A stretch of DNA of 64,000 nt. Origin: Carcharhinus amblyrhynchos (lineage: Eukaryota). Below, piece after piece: positions 13,144 to 24,950 of this stretch (its first letter is position 1; each line of letters starts with the position of its first letter). Made by a program: the position numbers and the translations under genes. Location of the stretch: positions 29,884,001 through 29,948,000 of the forward strand of contig OZ336873.1 of NCBI GenBank assembly GCA_965287045.1, in the 5' to 3' direction. The notes under the pieces were generated by a model that searched no databases, had not been told where the DNA came from, and saw only the letters and a list, made by a program, of their open reading frames with translations.

Positions 13144-14993
13144 AGCTAGGAAGGGGCATGAGAAGTCCTTGGTGGGTCGGATAAAGGAAAACCCCAAGGC
13201 TTTTTACTCTTATGTGAGAAATAAAATAATGACCAGGGTGAGGTTAGGACCAGTCAAGGATAGTAGTGGGAACTTGTGCATGTAGTCAGAAGAGATAGGT
13301 GAGGGGATGAATGAATACTTTTCTTCAGTGTTCACTAAGGAGAGGGGCCATGTTTTTGAGGATGAGAGTGTGATACAGGCTGATAGGCTGGAGGAGATAG
13401 ATGTTCTGAGAGAAGATGTATCAGCAATTTTGAAAAAACTGAAGGTCGATAAATCCTCTGGGCCAGATGGGATACATCCTAGAATACTTTGGGAGACAAG
13501 GAATGAGATTGCGGAGCCTTTAGCTTTGATCTTTGGGTCCTCACTCTCCATGGGAATTGTGCCAGAGGACTGGAGCGCAGCGAATGTTGTTCCTCTCTTC
13601 AAGAAAGGAAATAGGGATGACCTTGGTGATTGTAGGCCAGTTAGCCTTACTTTGATGGTCGATAAGTTAGTGGAAAGGGTCCTGAGAGATAGGATTTATG
13701 ACCATTTGGGAAGATGCAACTTAATCCGGGATAGGCAGCACAATTTTGTGACGGATAAGTCCTGCCACACAAATTTGATTGAATTCTTTGAGTAGCAACT
13801 AAGTATGTAGATGAAGGTAGAGCAGTTGATGTTGTATACATGGATTTTAGTAAGGCATTTGTTAAGGTTCCCCATGGTAGGCTCATGAAGAAAGGAAGGA
13901 CGTGTGGGAGAGAAGGTAATTTGGCCGATTGGATAAGTAACTGGCTGTCTCATAGAAGACGGATGGTGGTAATGGAGGGAAAATTTTCAGACTGGAGGCC
14001 AGTTACCAGCAGTGTACCACAGGGATCAGAGCTGGGTCCTCTGCTAGTTGTGATTTTTATCAATGACTTGGAAGAGGGGGCTGAAGAATGGGTTAGTAAC
14101 TTTGCTGATGACACCAAGATTGGTGGAGTAGTGGATGAGGTGGAGGGCTCTTGTCGGCTGCAAAGAGACATTGATAGGATGCAGAGCTGGGCAGAAAAGT
14201 GGCAGATGGAGTTTAACACTAGTAAGTGCAAGGTGATTCATTCTGGTAGGACAAACTTAAGTGGTGGTTTACAGGGTCAATGGCAAGGTTCTGGGGAATG
14301 TGGAGGAACTAAGATATCTTGAGGTTCGTATCCACAGATCTCTGAAGGTTGCCACTCAAGTATATGGAGTTGTGAAGAAGGCTTATAGTGTGTTAGCGTT
14401 TATTAACTGGGTTTGAGTTTAAGAGCCGTGCGGTTATGCTGCAACTATACAGGACCTTGGTGAGACCACATTTGGAATATTGTGTGCAGTTCTGGTCACC
14501 TCACTATAAGAAGAATGGAAGCATTGAAGAGAATGCAGAGGAGATTTACCAGGATGCTGCCTGGTTTGGAGGGTAGATCTTATGAAGAAACGTTGAGGGA
14601 GCTGAGGCTTTTCTCTTTAGAGCGGAGGAGGATGAGAGGCGACTTAATAGAGATTTATAAGATGATGATAGATAGAGTGGACATGCAGAGACTAATTCCT
14701 CAGATGGATGTAGCTGTTACTAGGGGGCATAACTTTAAGGTTCATGGTGGGAGATATAAGAGGGATGTCCGAAGTAGATTCTTTACTCAAAGAATGGTTG
14801 GGGTGTGGAATACATTGCCTGCTGTGATGATGGAGTCGGACACTTTAGGAACTTTCGAGCAGATATTGGATAGGTATGTGGAGCACACCAAAATGATAGG
14901 GAGTGGGATAACTTGATCTTGGGTTCTGACATAGCTTGGCACAACATTGAGTGCTGAAGGGCCTGTACAATGCTGTACTGTTCTACGTTCTAT
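13140..14993 (+). mobile_element. CR1 LINE, 5'-truncated, with reverse transcriptase domain (pseudogenised)
   Basis: ORF fragments 13307-13795, 13840-14322 and 14482-14916 contain KSSGPDGIHPRIL, CRPVSLT, DFSKAF, VPQGSELGP, FADDTKIGG; tail CTGTACTGTTCTACGTTCTAT. Confidence 0.95.
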
Positions 14994-15528
14994 ATGGCCA
15001 CATTTCCCCAATTCTCAATGCTGTTACCTTTCATTTCAGAGATGTCCACCCACTCACAGTGAGAATGAGCCCTGCATTCACACTTGTACATTCTGGCCTC
15101 ATGAATCACCAGGCTGTTATCTCTGCTTCTGTGGTGCCCTTGAACGTATTCAGTCTGGGAACTCCAAGTCCACTGAGGAATAAGAGCAATGTGAGAGAAG
15201 AATAGAAGCTTTCTCTGCCATCCAATGATGCAAACAGTGCTGTGACTGATTTGAGGACACGCCTGGTGATTTCCTGTTCCTGTGTAGATCTTGTGTTCTG
15301 CCACCTACCACTGAGGGGACACAGATGCTACTAGAATATCAGTGCTGCTGAATAGCCCTTGAACTGGGGGAAAAGGTCTAGAAATGCTTGCATCATACAT
15401 TTCAAATAAAGATGTAAACACATCTCTCTGACATCACACAAGGAAGTGGAAACTAGTTTAATTGAGGTTCACACCATGTAAGTGTTAATCTCCTACTAAT
15501 ATTGGGTAGGAGATGGCTAAGTCTTGAT

Positions 15529-15741
15529 GTAGAGATGCCAGGGTTGGATTGAGGTGGGCAGGGTAAGAAGTCTCACAACATCAGGCTCAAGTCCAACAGG
15601 TTTATTTGGAATCACAAGTTTTTGGAGCACTGCCCCTTCATCAGGTTCACTCACCTAAAGAAGGAGCAATGCTTCAAAAACTTAATTTCAAGCTTCAAAT
15701 AAACCTATTGGACTTTAACCTTGAGTTGTGAGATTTCTTAC
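15529..15741. mobile_element. Penelope-terminal-repeat-derived palindromic element
   Basis: Imperfect inverted arms of about 85 bp (15563-~15646 vs ~15653-15741); flanked by direct repeat CTAA(G/A)TCTTG; resembles the common shark Penelope-like terminal repeat. Confidence 0.7.
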
Positions 15742-15750
15742 TAAATCTTG

Positions 15751-16353
15751 CTGCAGTTGTATAGGGCATTGGTGAGGCCGCAGCTGGAGTACTGTGTGCA
15801 GTTTTGGGCGCCGCACCTGCGCAAGGATATTTTGGCCCTGGAGGGAGTGCAGAGGAGGTTCACTAGGCTGATACCGGAGTTGAGGGGGTTGAGCTATGAG
15901 GAGAGGCTGAATAAACTAGGCTTGTACTCGTTAGAGTTTAGAAGAATGAGGGGAGATCTCATTGAGACGTATAAGATGATGAATGGGATGGATAGGATAG
16001 AGGTGGAGAGACTCTTCCCGCTCAAAAAAGACAGTAGGACTAGGGGGCACAGCCTCAAGATAAAGGGGAGGCGGTTTAGGACGGAGTTGAGGAGGAACTT
16101 CTTCACTCAAAGGGTGGTGAATCTCTGGAATTCTCTGCCCGTTGAAGTGGTGGAGGCTGCCTCGCTAAATATTTTTAAGAAGCGGGTTGATGGGTTCTTG
16201 ATAAGAGAGGGGATTAAGGGTTATGGGGAGAGGGCGGGAAAGTGGAACTGAGCCACGACAGATCAGCCATGATCTTATTGAATGGCGGGGGCAGGCTCGA
16301 AGGGCTAGATGGCCTACTCCTGCTCCTATTTCTTATGTTCTTATGTTCTTATG
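15751..16353 (+). mobile_element. Young CR1 LINE 3' end
   Basis: Uninterrupted ORF2 C-terminus to the stop at 16251, CpGs retained, (TTCTTATG)n tail, TSD ATCTTG (15745-15750 / 16354-16359). Confidence 0.95.
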
Positions 16354-16479
16354 ATCTTGATACAAGAGGTTTAGCTTTGTAAAAATGACAACACCTTCAG
16401 TAGGTCAAATATATGTAACCGTTAAATGTATTCACAGAAATGCAGTTTCATTACAGTGACAACACACCCGTGACATCAA

Positions 16480-18430
16480 CATTTGTGAACTTAGCGCTAA
16501 TCCTGGGTGCAACCTGGTGACTGCTACCTCCTGAATTTGGCAGACATCCTCTGGTTCCTGAGCCCTGGAAGGCCTTGGTCTGGTCAGGGTCTCCTGCTCG
16601 GGTAGAAGCACTCTTGGCACCATGAGCTGGATTGAATGCAGTCATAGGCAGAAGGGAATGTTAGCAGCTATTTGCGCCTCAGAGCATCCTTAGAGGAGGC
16701 CCCTGAGGGGTCCAGCTGATGCTCATCCTTGCTGCGGGTGCTGGAGAGCCCCAGCCTGACTTGGCAGCTGGAGGGAGGTCAAGGTACCTGGTCCCCATGT
16801 TGCCTAAATCCTGATGGTGGCCACCAGAGTGTGTGGCCATGGCGTGCATGACTAAGTGCAAATCTGACCTGCTGGACCAAGGTCTCCATGATTGATGGTC
16901 GCCAACCTTCCTGTGGTGGACTGGAGGCCCTCACTTGTCAGAGCCACAATGTCAGACAGAATGAAGGCAGACTCCTACGTTGTTTGCTTGAATTTGCTGA
17001 GTACCTGTTGAATCTACGCTTAATTTTCCATGCCGCTTGTCACTGCATCCCCAGTATTGAATGGGCAGCCTCTTCCAGAGGCCCATCATCTAACTGGGAC
17101 TGAGCAGCTAGCTGGCCTCCAGCAGCCCTTCGAATGCCAATGACCTGGGCTGTCCCTGCTTCTGACTGTTGCGGGGACGTGTAAATGAGTTGCGCTCCAG
17201 AAAGTGAGCCTGAGCCGAATCAAGAGCTGTGCCCGACAGAGGTGCATCTCTGCATTGGTGGAGGGCACGGGTGAGGGCTGTGATGGTTCTTCCAGCATTT
17301 TGTCTTCAGTCATAGCATGGGTGCTCGGAATGGTGCTGCTTCCTGGGTCTCGATCTGCGGGTGCCTGGAAAATAGAGCATAGTTTCAGTTGCTGAGAATG
17401 AGCTATACAAGGCTGCATGTGACTCATCATGATTGTCAGCATTTGATGATATGATGGTGCTGCCGATCCCTCCTTTCCCACAAGAGTGGTCCCTGTCCTC
17501 CCCAGCCAGCTCGCTTGCAGTTTCCTTTAAATCCATGAGGGCAATAATTTCAGCTGTCCGTCCCCTGCTCCATGACATTCCATGCCTGTTGCTTGCTAAT
17601 GTGACCTGTGTGAAGATGGGCTTGTGATAAGGAGGTTGGGTAAGATGTTCATGTCCCCTGTGTGTGACGAACCCTTCCCAGAAGGGCCAGAGGATAGGGT
17701 ATGAGCAACAAGACAGATGGGATGGACATGTTGTGCAAGTCTCCATGAGGGAATGAGTGTTGAAAGCTGTTAGCCGTCAATTGATATATGAGACCCATGA
17801 TGGGAGTAGCTTTCTGAGTACACGGTGATATTGAAAGGAGCTGCGAGATGAGGGGCATAGAGCCGTGGAAAGAGGCTGTCCTGCCCATCGAGTCTGCACC
17901 AACTGTCCAAAAGAGCAACTCACCCAGGTCATCCACTCTGGCCCTATCACCATAATCCTGCACATTTCCTATGGCTAATCCACCTAACCTGCACACCATG
18001 GGACACCCCAAGGGGCAATTTAACATGGCCAATCCACCTAACCTGAACATGTTTGGACGGTGGGAGGAAACCAGACCACCTGGAGCAAACCCACACAGCC
18101 GCGGGGAGAATTGTGCAAACTCCACAGAATCACCCAAGGCTGGAATCGAAGTTGGTCCCTGGCACTGAGACATCAGTGCTAACTACTGTGCCGCAGATGA
18201 GATCATTATTGTCTTCCTGCAAAGGCTGCAATTTCGGACATAGTTGTTAGTTGCTCTGACCTTCTCTGCTATGGCCTCCCAGACTGGACACGTGAGGTTA
18301 GTGTGCTTCCTAGAGATTCAACCCTGAGATACAGGACATGCCTGTGCGCCCACAATCCTCTGAGCAAGGCCTCAAGGGTTGAATGGGTGAAGCGAGGTAT
18401 TGCCGGCTTTTTCAGGCTGCAAGCCTTGTT
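16480..18430 (-). pseudogene. Harbinger Myb/SANT-like DNA-binding partner gene (NAIF1/MSANTD-like), multi-exon pseudogene
   Basis: Minus strand 18430-18200 reads KKPAIPRFTHSTLEALL..HRHVLY../PVWEAIAEKVRA..RNCSLCRK..NDLI; the next segment reads TLASNRHGMSWSRGRTAEIIALMDLKETASELAGEDRD; then a low-complexity PSPVPSTNAE region; interrupted by a SINE. Confidence 0.8.
17853..18194 (-). mobile_element. HE1 V-SINE with CR1/HER1-type tail
   Basis: tRNA head, V core, duplicated GGTTAGGTGGATT unit, CR1-like tail; TSD AGATGAG (17846-17852 / 18195-18201). Confidence 0.9.
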
Positions 18431-18719
18431 TTTTCGGTTGCCAGACACCTATGGCAGTTCCTGAAGACAGATGGGCTGAGGACTGAGAGATGTATGGGTT
18501 AGACTGGTGTTTAAAATATGATGGACAGACGCCTGAACCCAGCATCTGATGCCAGGCTTACAAATCAGCTCCCGACCACCAGATGATTAGGCCTGATACT
18601 CACCTATAGATAATTAATGAGCTTCCAAGCGCAGAGTTCCTGCCATTCTGCCCAGTAAGGTAGGCGTTACAAAAACCACCTGCCACTGTTACTTAGTTTC
18701 ATCCATGGAAAATCCCGCC

Positions 18720-18805
18720 CAGGAAGTGCTGGAAATACTCAGTGTGTCAGACTGCACCCGTGGAGAGAGTAAGAGTTAAGCTTCTGAGTTGAATATGACT
18801 CTCTA
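18720..18805. repeat. Penelope-like terminal-repeat fragment (Harbinger insertion target)
   Basis: CAGGAAGTGCTGGAAATACTCAG..GTGGAGAGAG..GAGTTAA resembles the shark Penelope-type repeat; its start TAAAACGCAG lies at 9561-9570. Confidence 0.6.
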
Positions 18806-18972
18806 AGGATGGAATTGGTTTTCTGAATTTTTGGCCACATTCCTGAATGTCATAGTTCACTTTTCCTTTTTAAGTACTGCAGGTTTTAATGAATGTTCCA
18901 GTCAATATTACATGGATAACTTGTGAATGAAGCTGAGTACTAGGATAACCTTTGCCAAATATATATATGTGT

Positions 18973-19194
18973 CTGAGGTCACATACCAGCCGACTCAAAC
19001 AGCTTCTTTCCTGCTGCCATCAGACATTTGAATGGACTCACCTTGCACTAAGTTGATCTTTCTCTACACCCTAGCTATGACTAATACTACATTCTGAACT
19101 CTTTGCTTTCTTTCTCTATGAGCGGTATGCTTTGCATAGTGCACAAGAAACAGTACTTTTCACTGTACACTAATACATGTGATAATCAATCAAA
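18973..19194 (+). mobile_element. Rex1/Babar-like LINE extreme 3' end
   Basis: Reverse-complement homologue of 47989-48220 (AACAGCTTCTTTCCTGCTGCCATCAGAC..TTTTCACTGTAC..CATGTGATAAT). Confidence 0.8.
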
Positions 19195-19739
19195 AAGGAA
19201 CAAAATCTCTGCTTTCAATCCATGGTGGTGCTATTTGTGAGATTCTCAGCTCATTCACAGCAGACTTTTATTGTGCAGTTTTGTATGTCTTGGTCAATTG
19301 GATCGCTTGTGGCTATTGATCTAATAGGCCAAATGCATGATTGTCTTTGCCAGTGATGGTCTTTACTGATTGAGTAAAATGCATACTGAATTGGGGAATT
19401 GAGTCCCTTTTCACACAGAATGTCCTCTCTTTATCACCAATACTCCACTTTTGTAAGCTGTGCTTGGTATTTTCAGCAAATCTCCTTTTAACACCATGAG
19501 CCTTGAATTGCATTTTGGGCTTGAAGATGTGCTTCTTGGTTGAAGCACAGAAGAAGTAGTTTGACAGGGAGGATATTTCTGTGGACAGCGAAGCTTAGCT
19601 GCGAACGATTACTAGCATAACACATTTCCTGCATGTCAAAGAAACTGACTCCACATCAATCCTGCAACTTTGCGATTGTGGAATGGAATCCGAGAGAAGC
19701 AGAATGAGTTAGTGAACAGCAAGAAATTGAAGTTGTACT

Positions 19740-20285
19740 GCTGTTGCATAGAACTTCAGTTAGACTGCACCTTGGAGTACAGCATTCAGCTCTGGGCACT
19801 GCATCTTGTAAAGAATGGATTGGTGTTGGAGGGTGTGCAGGGCAGTCACCAGTTGGATACTTAAAGGTTGAATTACAAGGACAGGATCCATAGATTAGGC
19901 TTGTATTTCCTTGAATGCAGAAGATTTTAAGAGTTGACCTGACTGAGGTGTTGAAGGTGTGATGAGGTGAATGGAAAGAAGTTGCTTATTCTGGCAGGGC
20001 GTCCAAAAGTATGGGGCACATCAATAAAATGAAAACTAGGCCATTCGGGTAAAATTGGAAAGATTTCTTAATGCAACAGATTGAAAATCTGGAACATCCT
20101 CCTGCAGAAAACTGCTGAGGCTGGGTTAATTGAACATCTCAAAAGTAGGATTGACATGTTTTTGTTAGGGAAGCGTGGTGAGGGGGAAGGAACCCACACA
20201 AGTAACTTAAGATTTAGATCAGACATGAGCTAATTGAATGGTGGAGCAGGCTTGAGGGGGTGAATGGCCAATTCCTTATTTCCTC
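19740..20285 (+). mobile_element. Old degraded CR1 3' end
   Basis: LEYSIQLWALHL..LEGVQ remnant and CR1 3' UTR AATTGAATGGTGGAGCAGGCTTGAGGGG. Confidence 0.75.
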
Positions 20286-20444
20286 GAAGCTTCTTTAAGG
20301 TGCAAAAGAAACTGAATTTGAAACCAAGTACTTCAAAGTTATGAGTAGCGTTTTTTTTGCAAAAATGTAGCTTCAGTTGCTGCGTGCAGCAACCCATGTT
20401 GTAACACACAGTCGTATTCCAACTCCTTGAAGGCCCAATCTTAA

Positions 20445-20740
20445 GATTTATGTTTATTCGTGTCAGAAGCAGGTTTACATACACACGGCAATGAAGTTAC
20501 TGTGAAAACCCTCTAGTTATTGCACTCCTGCGCCTGTTCGGGTACACCAAGGGAGAATTTACCGTGGCCAGTGCACCTAACCAGCATACCTTTCAGTCTG
20601 AGGGATGAAACAGAAGCACCCAGAGGAAATCCATGCAGACACGGTGAAAATGTGCAACTCCGCTCAGACAGTGATCCAAGACGGAAATCAATCCCAGGTC
20701 CCTCGTACTGTGAGGCAGAATTGCTAACCACTGTGCCGCC
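20445..20740 (-). mobile_element. HE1-like V-SINE, alternative-tail subfamily
   Basis: Reverse-complement homologue of 10027-10303. Confidence 0.85.
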
Positions 20741-21749
20741 CTTAATAAGCCACACTGATCCTAATAAGCTGCACTGATCTTAATACTAGTTCTTAATTAG
20801 CTACACTGTTTTCAGTAGGTTTAGAAGGATTTTCACAATACATTGTTTCCTGAAAGTTATATAGTTTTATACACTTTTAAAAGAGTAGGATGTCAAATTA
20901 AATCGAAGTGATAATGGGATGCTGTTCTTTTGTTCTCGACTAAACTTCTGAAAATGGATGTGACTGATTAAGAGCGTGGGCTCCAAACCAGCGAGTACAG
21001 TCCCCTTTACGCTCTGTGTGTGTCAAAAGCAGTGGAAGATCCAACAGCAAGCCTGTGGCATGCAGTGTCTGATAGAGAGAACCAGGCTGCCAGTGAGCAA
21101 GAGCAGTTATCCTCTGTGCCCAATTCACAGATGAAAACAAAGCTAGCAGAGTACCCACAGCAATGGCTTTTGAAGATTTTATTCACATCTTTTGCGTTGT
21201 AAGCTTTCTATGAATTTTAAGAACCGTAACATTAGTTGTAAACAAAGCCTTTTTTGTTTTGATGTCTTTTTGGAGTTGAGCTGGATCTTGATGATGGGAT
21301 ATTGGCACTGAGTCAGTTCCTTGTGTCAGCCACAGTAACATGATACCTGAGCTGGCCAGGTCCACTGTACTCTAGGTTGCCAATGCTGTTTGACCAGTCA
21401 GTTCAGTTCACCAATAGGACTTGAGACTTTAGGACTAAAGCAATTCCTGAGGAATAAATTTCTTCTCTTGAGTGGCTTAAAATGTCGCAAATCTAACCCT
21501 AATAAGGACAGGGACCCTTACTGGACAAGTGGTGGACTGTGCTGCTAATCTATGATTGGTTAAAACCTTGTTGTATCCATACATACACTTGGGTTTCCCA
21601 AACCTTTGCCATTCTAACTCTCTTAGAACTTACAGCCCCAACAGAGAGAATGTACACTCCATCTTAGGCAAATAAAAACTTCTCTGTATGTGATCCTTTC
21701 AGTTATTTGCCTTGGATGCCCACCCTTAGAGTTTAAAAGTATTTTTTAA

Positions 21750-22051
21750 AATTTATTTATTAGTGTCACAAGTAGGCTTACATTAACACTGCAATGAAGT
21801 TACCATGAAAATCCCCTAGTTGCCATACTCCAACACCAGTTTGGGTACACTGAGAGAGAATTTAACATGGTCAGTGCACCTAACCAGCACTTTCAGACTG
21901 TGAGAGGAAACCAGAGCACCCAGAGGAAACCCACACAAACATGGGGAGAACGTGCAGACTCCACACACGACAGTGACCGATGCTGGGAATGGAACCTGGG
22001 TCCCTGGCACTGTGAGGCAGCAGTGATAAGCACTGTGTCACTGTGCTGCCC
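21750..22051 (-). mobile_element. HE1-like V-SINE, alternative-tail subfamily
   Basis: TTTATTAGTGTCACAAGTAGGCTTAC tail, V core, tRNA head; homologue of 10027-10303. Confidence 0.9.
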
Positions 22052-24129
22052 TGGGTTGAGATGGGTTTCCTCAAATTTCAAACTAAGGCTGACCCTCAGA
22101 AAAATTAGTAAGTAGTTCTTCTGGTAATTCATGTGATCAAGGTACCCTACATCTCAAAGATATGTTAACCTTTTGACGAGAAATCATGTGCGCGTATGTT
22201 TATGCACCATTGTAATTAGATTTTCAGCACTAGTTCTGTTACTGTGATTGAAAGATATTGGTGTCAGAAGTTTGATGTTGTTGTACTTTGTAAACACAGA
22301 TTTTCCCGTTAAATGGTAGAGTCTTCTGAAAATGATCAAGTATCATGCACAAACAAAATGCAATCTTTAGGAAATCACCTATTGTACACTGACTAATACT
22401 TCCCAGCAATAAAGTGGAGATTATTTTTGACAAACTTGCCATGATTTCTTCACAAGCATTAATTTTTCACTGTGGCTTTTAACCCTTTAGAGTGCATTTG
22501 CTGTTTAATGTCCATCAGGAAATCGGGTGTAAAATTGTGTAAAATCCCCTTAAGTAAATATATCAGAAATATACTTTTATGTTATGAAATGATATTAAAA
22601 TAGCAATCTCAGGTGATGGTAACGGGATTTCAGATGATGATTATATATTGCTCTTGCAGTTTGACATTTGAACCTGCTTATAATGACTCCATGTATTCAT
22701 TTCTTCATGTATCTGCTTGGAAAATACATGAATATTAAGGGTTGACTCAACTAGTCAAACCTGAAGTAATATTTAAATGCATGCAACTAGTATTTAGATT
22801 TCTCTTTCAAAAAATAGATTATTGTGTATCAGAATTAGATTAGATTTTAAGAATATGAACAGTTCTTTAAATTCTCCAGTCAACATATTAATGATTTGGT
22901 AGCAATGTACGTTTCCTGTTTGTTGCATTTGATCTCCATTGTTAGATAGACACTAACTTGCATTATCTTTAAAATGAGAAACATTTGTTATATTCAGTGA
23001 AACTCTAAAACCAATAAATGAACCTGGAAACTATGCATTTCCTATCGTACAACAGTGTATTTCTCTGTAAAGTGCTTTTGGAAATCCTGAGATGATGAAA
23101 AGTACAACATAATTGCAAGTTTATTTTTCTTAAAAAAAATTGAGGGGAAATCAAGTCCATGGCTTTGCTGTAAAGAGGTAAATAAAAGGAATGCAGAGTG
23201 GAGCCTGGTGGGTACATTGCAAAGCATGTTAAGAGATGAATAAACTCATCACTTCAGGGCGATCATTAATGAGTTTTGAGTGTTAACGGAACCTTTCAGA
23301 TCCAGTTCAGTTAGGAAAGGGATTTAAATCATGTAGACAGTGTTTTGCAAAGACAACACAATGCTTATGATCCTATTCACATTTGGGACCCAAGATGCCT
23401 AATGTGTTTATACCTACCTATATTTCATTACTCAGGTACAGTTGGGACCCAGGCAATATAAGAACACAAAATGTCTGCTTAGGTTCCATGATATTGGGGT
23501 TAACCCAGCTGTAAGCTCTGCGACTAGAAGTGGAGTCAGTCTGTGCCCCTAAAGGAAATTGTAATTTCAATTCAGTTTAATTGATAAAAAAAATTGGAGA
23601 ATGAATCCTTTTACTCCAGGTGACATCCTCCATCTTCTATGCACATCACACTAATAGCAGCAACTGTAAACAAGTCATCCATGGAAATAATGTAAGTGTT
23701 GAAATTGCTTCATTACTTGTATGTAATGTGCATAAATGACAATTGAAATTCTGAACACCACTGTACTGTGTATGTGCGTGTGCATACAATTTTTTGCAGA
23801 TGGGTGCTGTGCACAGTTTTGTGCTCCAGATATGTATGTGCAGCTACAGCTAGGAATTTGACTCATTGGTCCTTCTCATTTTACAATCATGTCAACTCCT
23901 CATTGGATTGGATGAGCAATGGAAAATTTAACCTAGCCTATTGCATGTTAGTTGTGGTGAACTGAGACTCTTTGTAGTCTAACATTTAGGACTCTTGAAG
24001 TCCAAAAGCTTTTTGGTTGAATATAAGGGCCTGTTAAAAGCTACTACATTTCTCAAAGTGTCTTTGGAGAAATCCATAGCAAATGCAAAACGCTATTCAC
24101 CAAAAAAGCCTAGAGCGATAATCAAAGGA

Positions 24130-24460
24130 ACGTAGAAGCTGGAGTGGTTGCAGTAGCTCAGAAATCCAGCCCCTTTAACCTGCTTTGTCATTCAATCAGA
24201 TTGTGGCTAATCTGTAGCTCAGTTCCATTTGATCCATATACAGGGATGCTTTGATTATCTTACCTAACACACAACTCTGAAGTTAGTCTTCAATTTCAAT
24301 TGACCCAGTATCCAAAGCTTTTTGGCAAAGGCAGTACGAAATTTCCACTATAATTATGTGGGAAAAAGTACTTCCTGAATTCACTAGATTGAATTTTAAG
24401 ATTCCACCACCTTTCTTTATTTTAGGAATCTCCCAATAAAAGAAGTACTTTCCTCGGAAA
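24130..24460 (-). mobile_element. Ancient CR1 3' end
   Basis: Degenerate match to the reverse CR1 3' UTR (CCTGCTTTGTCATTCAATCAGATTGTGGCTAATC) and the ORF2 end. Confidence 0.55.
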
Positions 24461-24619
24461 AAGTAGTTCAAAACTAATTTGAAGAAGATGGATGAGGTCG
24501 CTGAAATCTGTCCCCATTTCCTAGATGATCTAGTGTGTGAAGATTCTAATTTCAGTTTCTTGCCTGCTCTGGGTTACATGATTTTGGTTAAGGTAATTGG
24601 GCTACTTAGTTTTTTTTAT

Positions 24620-24950
24620 CATTCATTCATGGGACACGGGTGTTGCTGGCTGGCCAGCATTTATTGCCCATCCCTAATTGCCCTTGGCAGGCAGATGAGA
24701 GTCAACCATATTGCTGTGGCTCTGGAGGCACATGTAGACCAGATGAGGTAAAGATGGCAGACTTCTTTCCCTGAAGGACATTAGTGAACCAGATGGGATT
24801 TTCCGATAATCAACAATGGTAGATTATTAATTCTAGATTTTTTTTATTGAACTCAAATTCCACCAGCTGCCATGCCGGGTCCCCAGAACATTAGCTGAGT
24901 TTCTGGATTAATAGTCTAGCGACAATATCACTAGGCCATCGCTTCCCTCA
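24620..24950 (-). mobile_element. tRNA-derived SINE, second family
   Basis: Reverse-complement homologue of 51435-51805 (GCCAGCATTTATTGCC; AAGGACATTAGTGAAC). Confidence 0.8.

Larger units (their letters stand above)
9571..18719. mobile_element. Full-length fossil PIF/Harbinger DNA transposon with nested insertions
   Basis: Imperfect TIRs (TGCAGAATTTTTCCAT at 9571; ATGGAAAATCCCGCC ending 18719); CAG on both flanks (9568-9570, 18720-18722); contains transposase and Myb/SANT pseudogenes in convergent orientation. Confidence 0.7.

Noticed and set aside
20742-20810. Degenerate ~19-bp tandem repeats (TAATAAGC.ACACTGATC)
   Set aside because: Local slippage duplication; no spacers, not CRISPR-like
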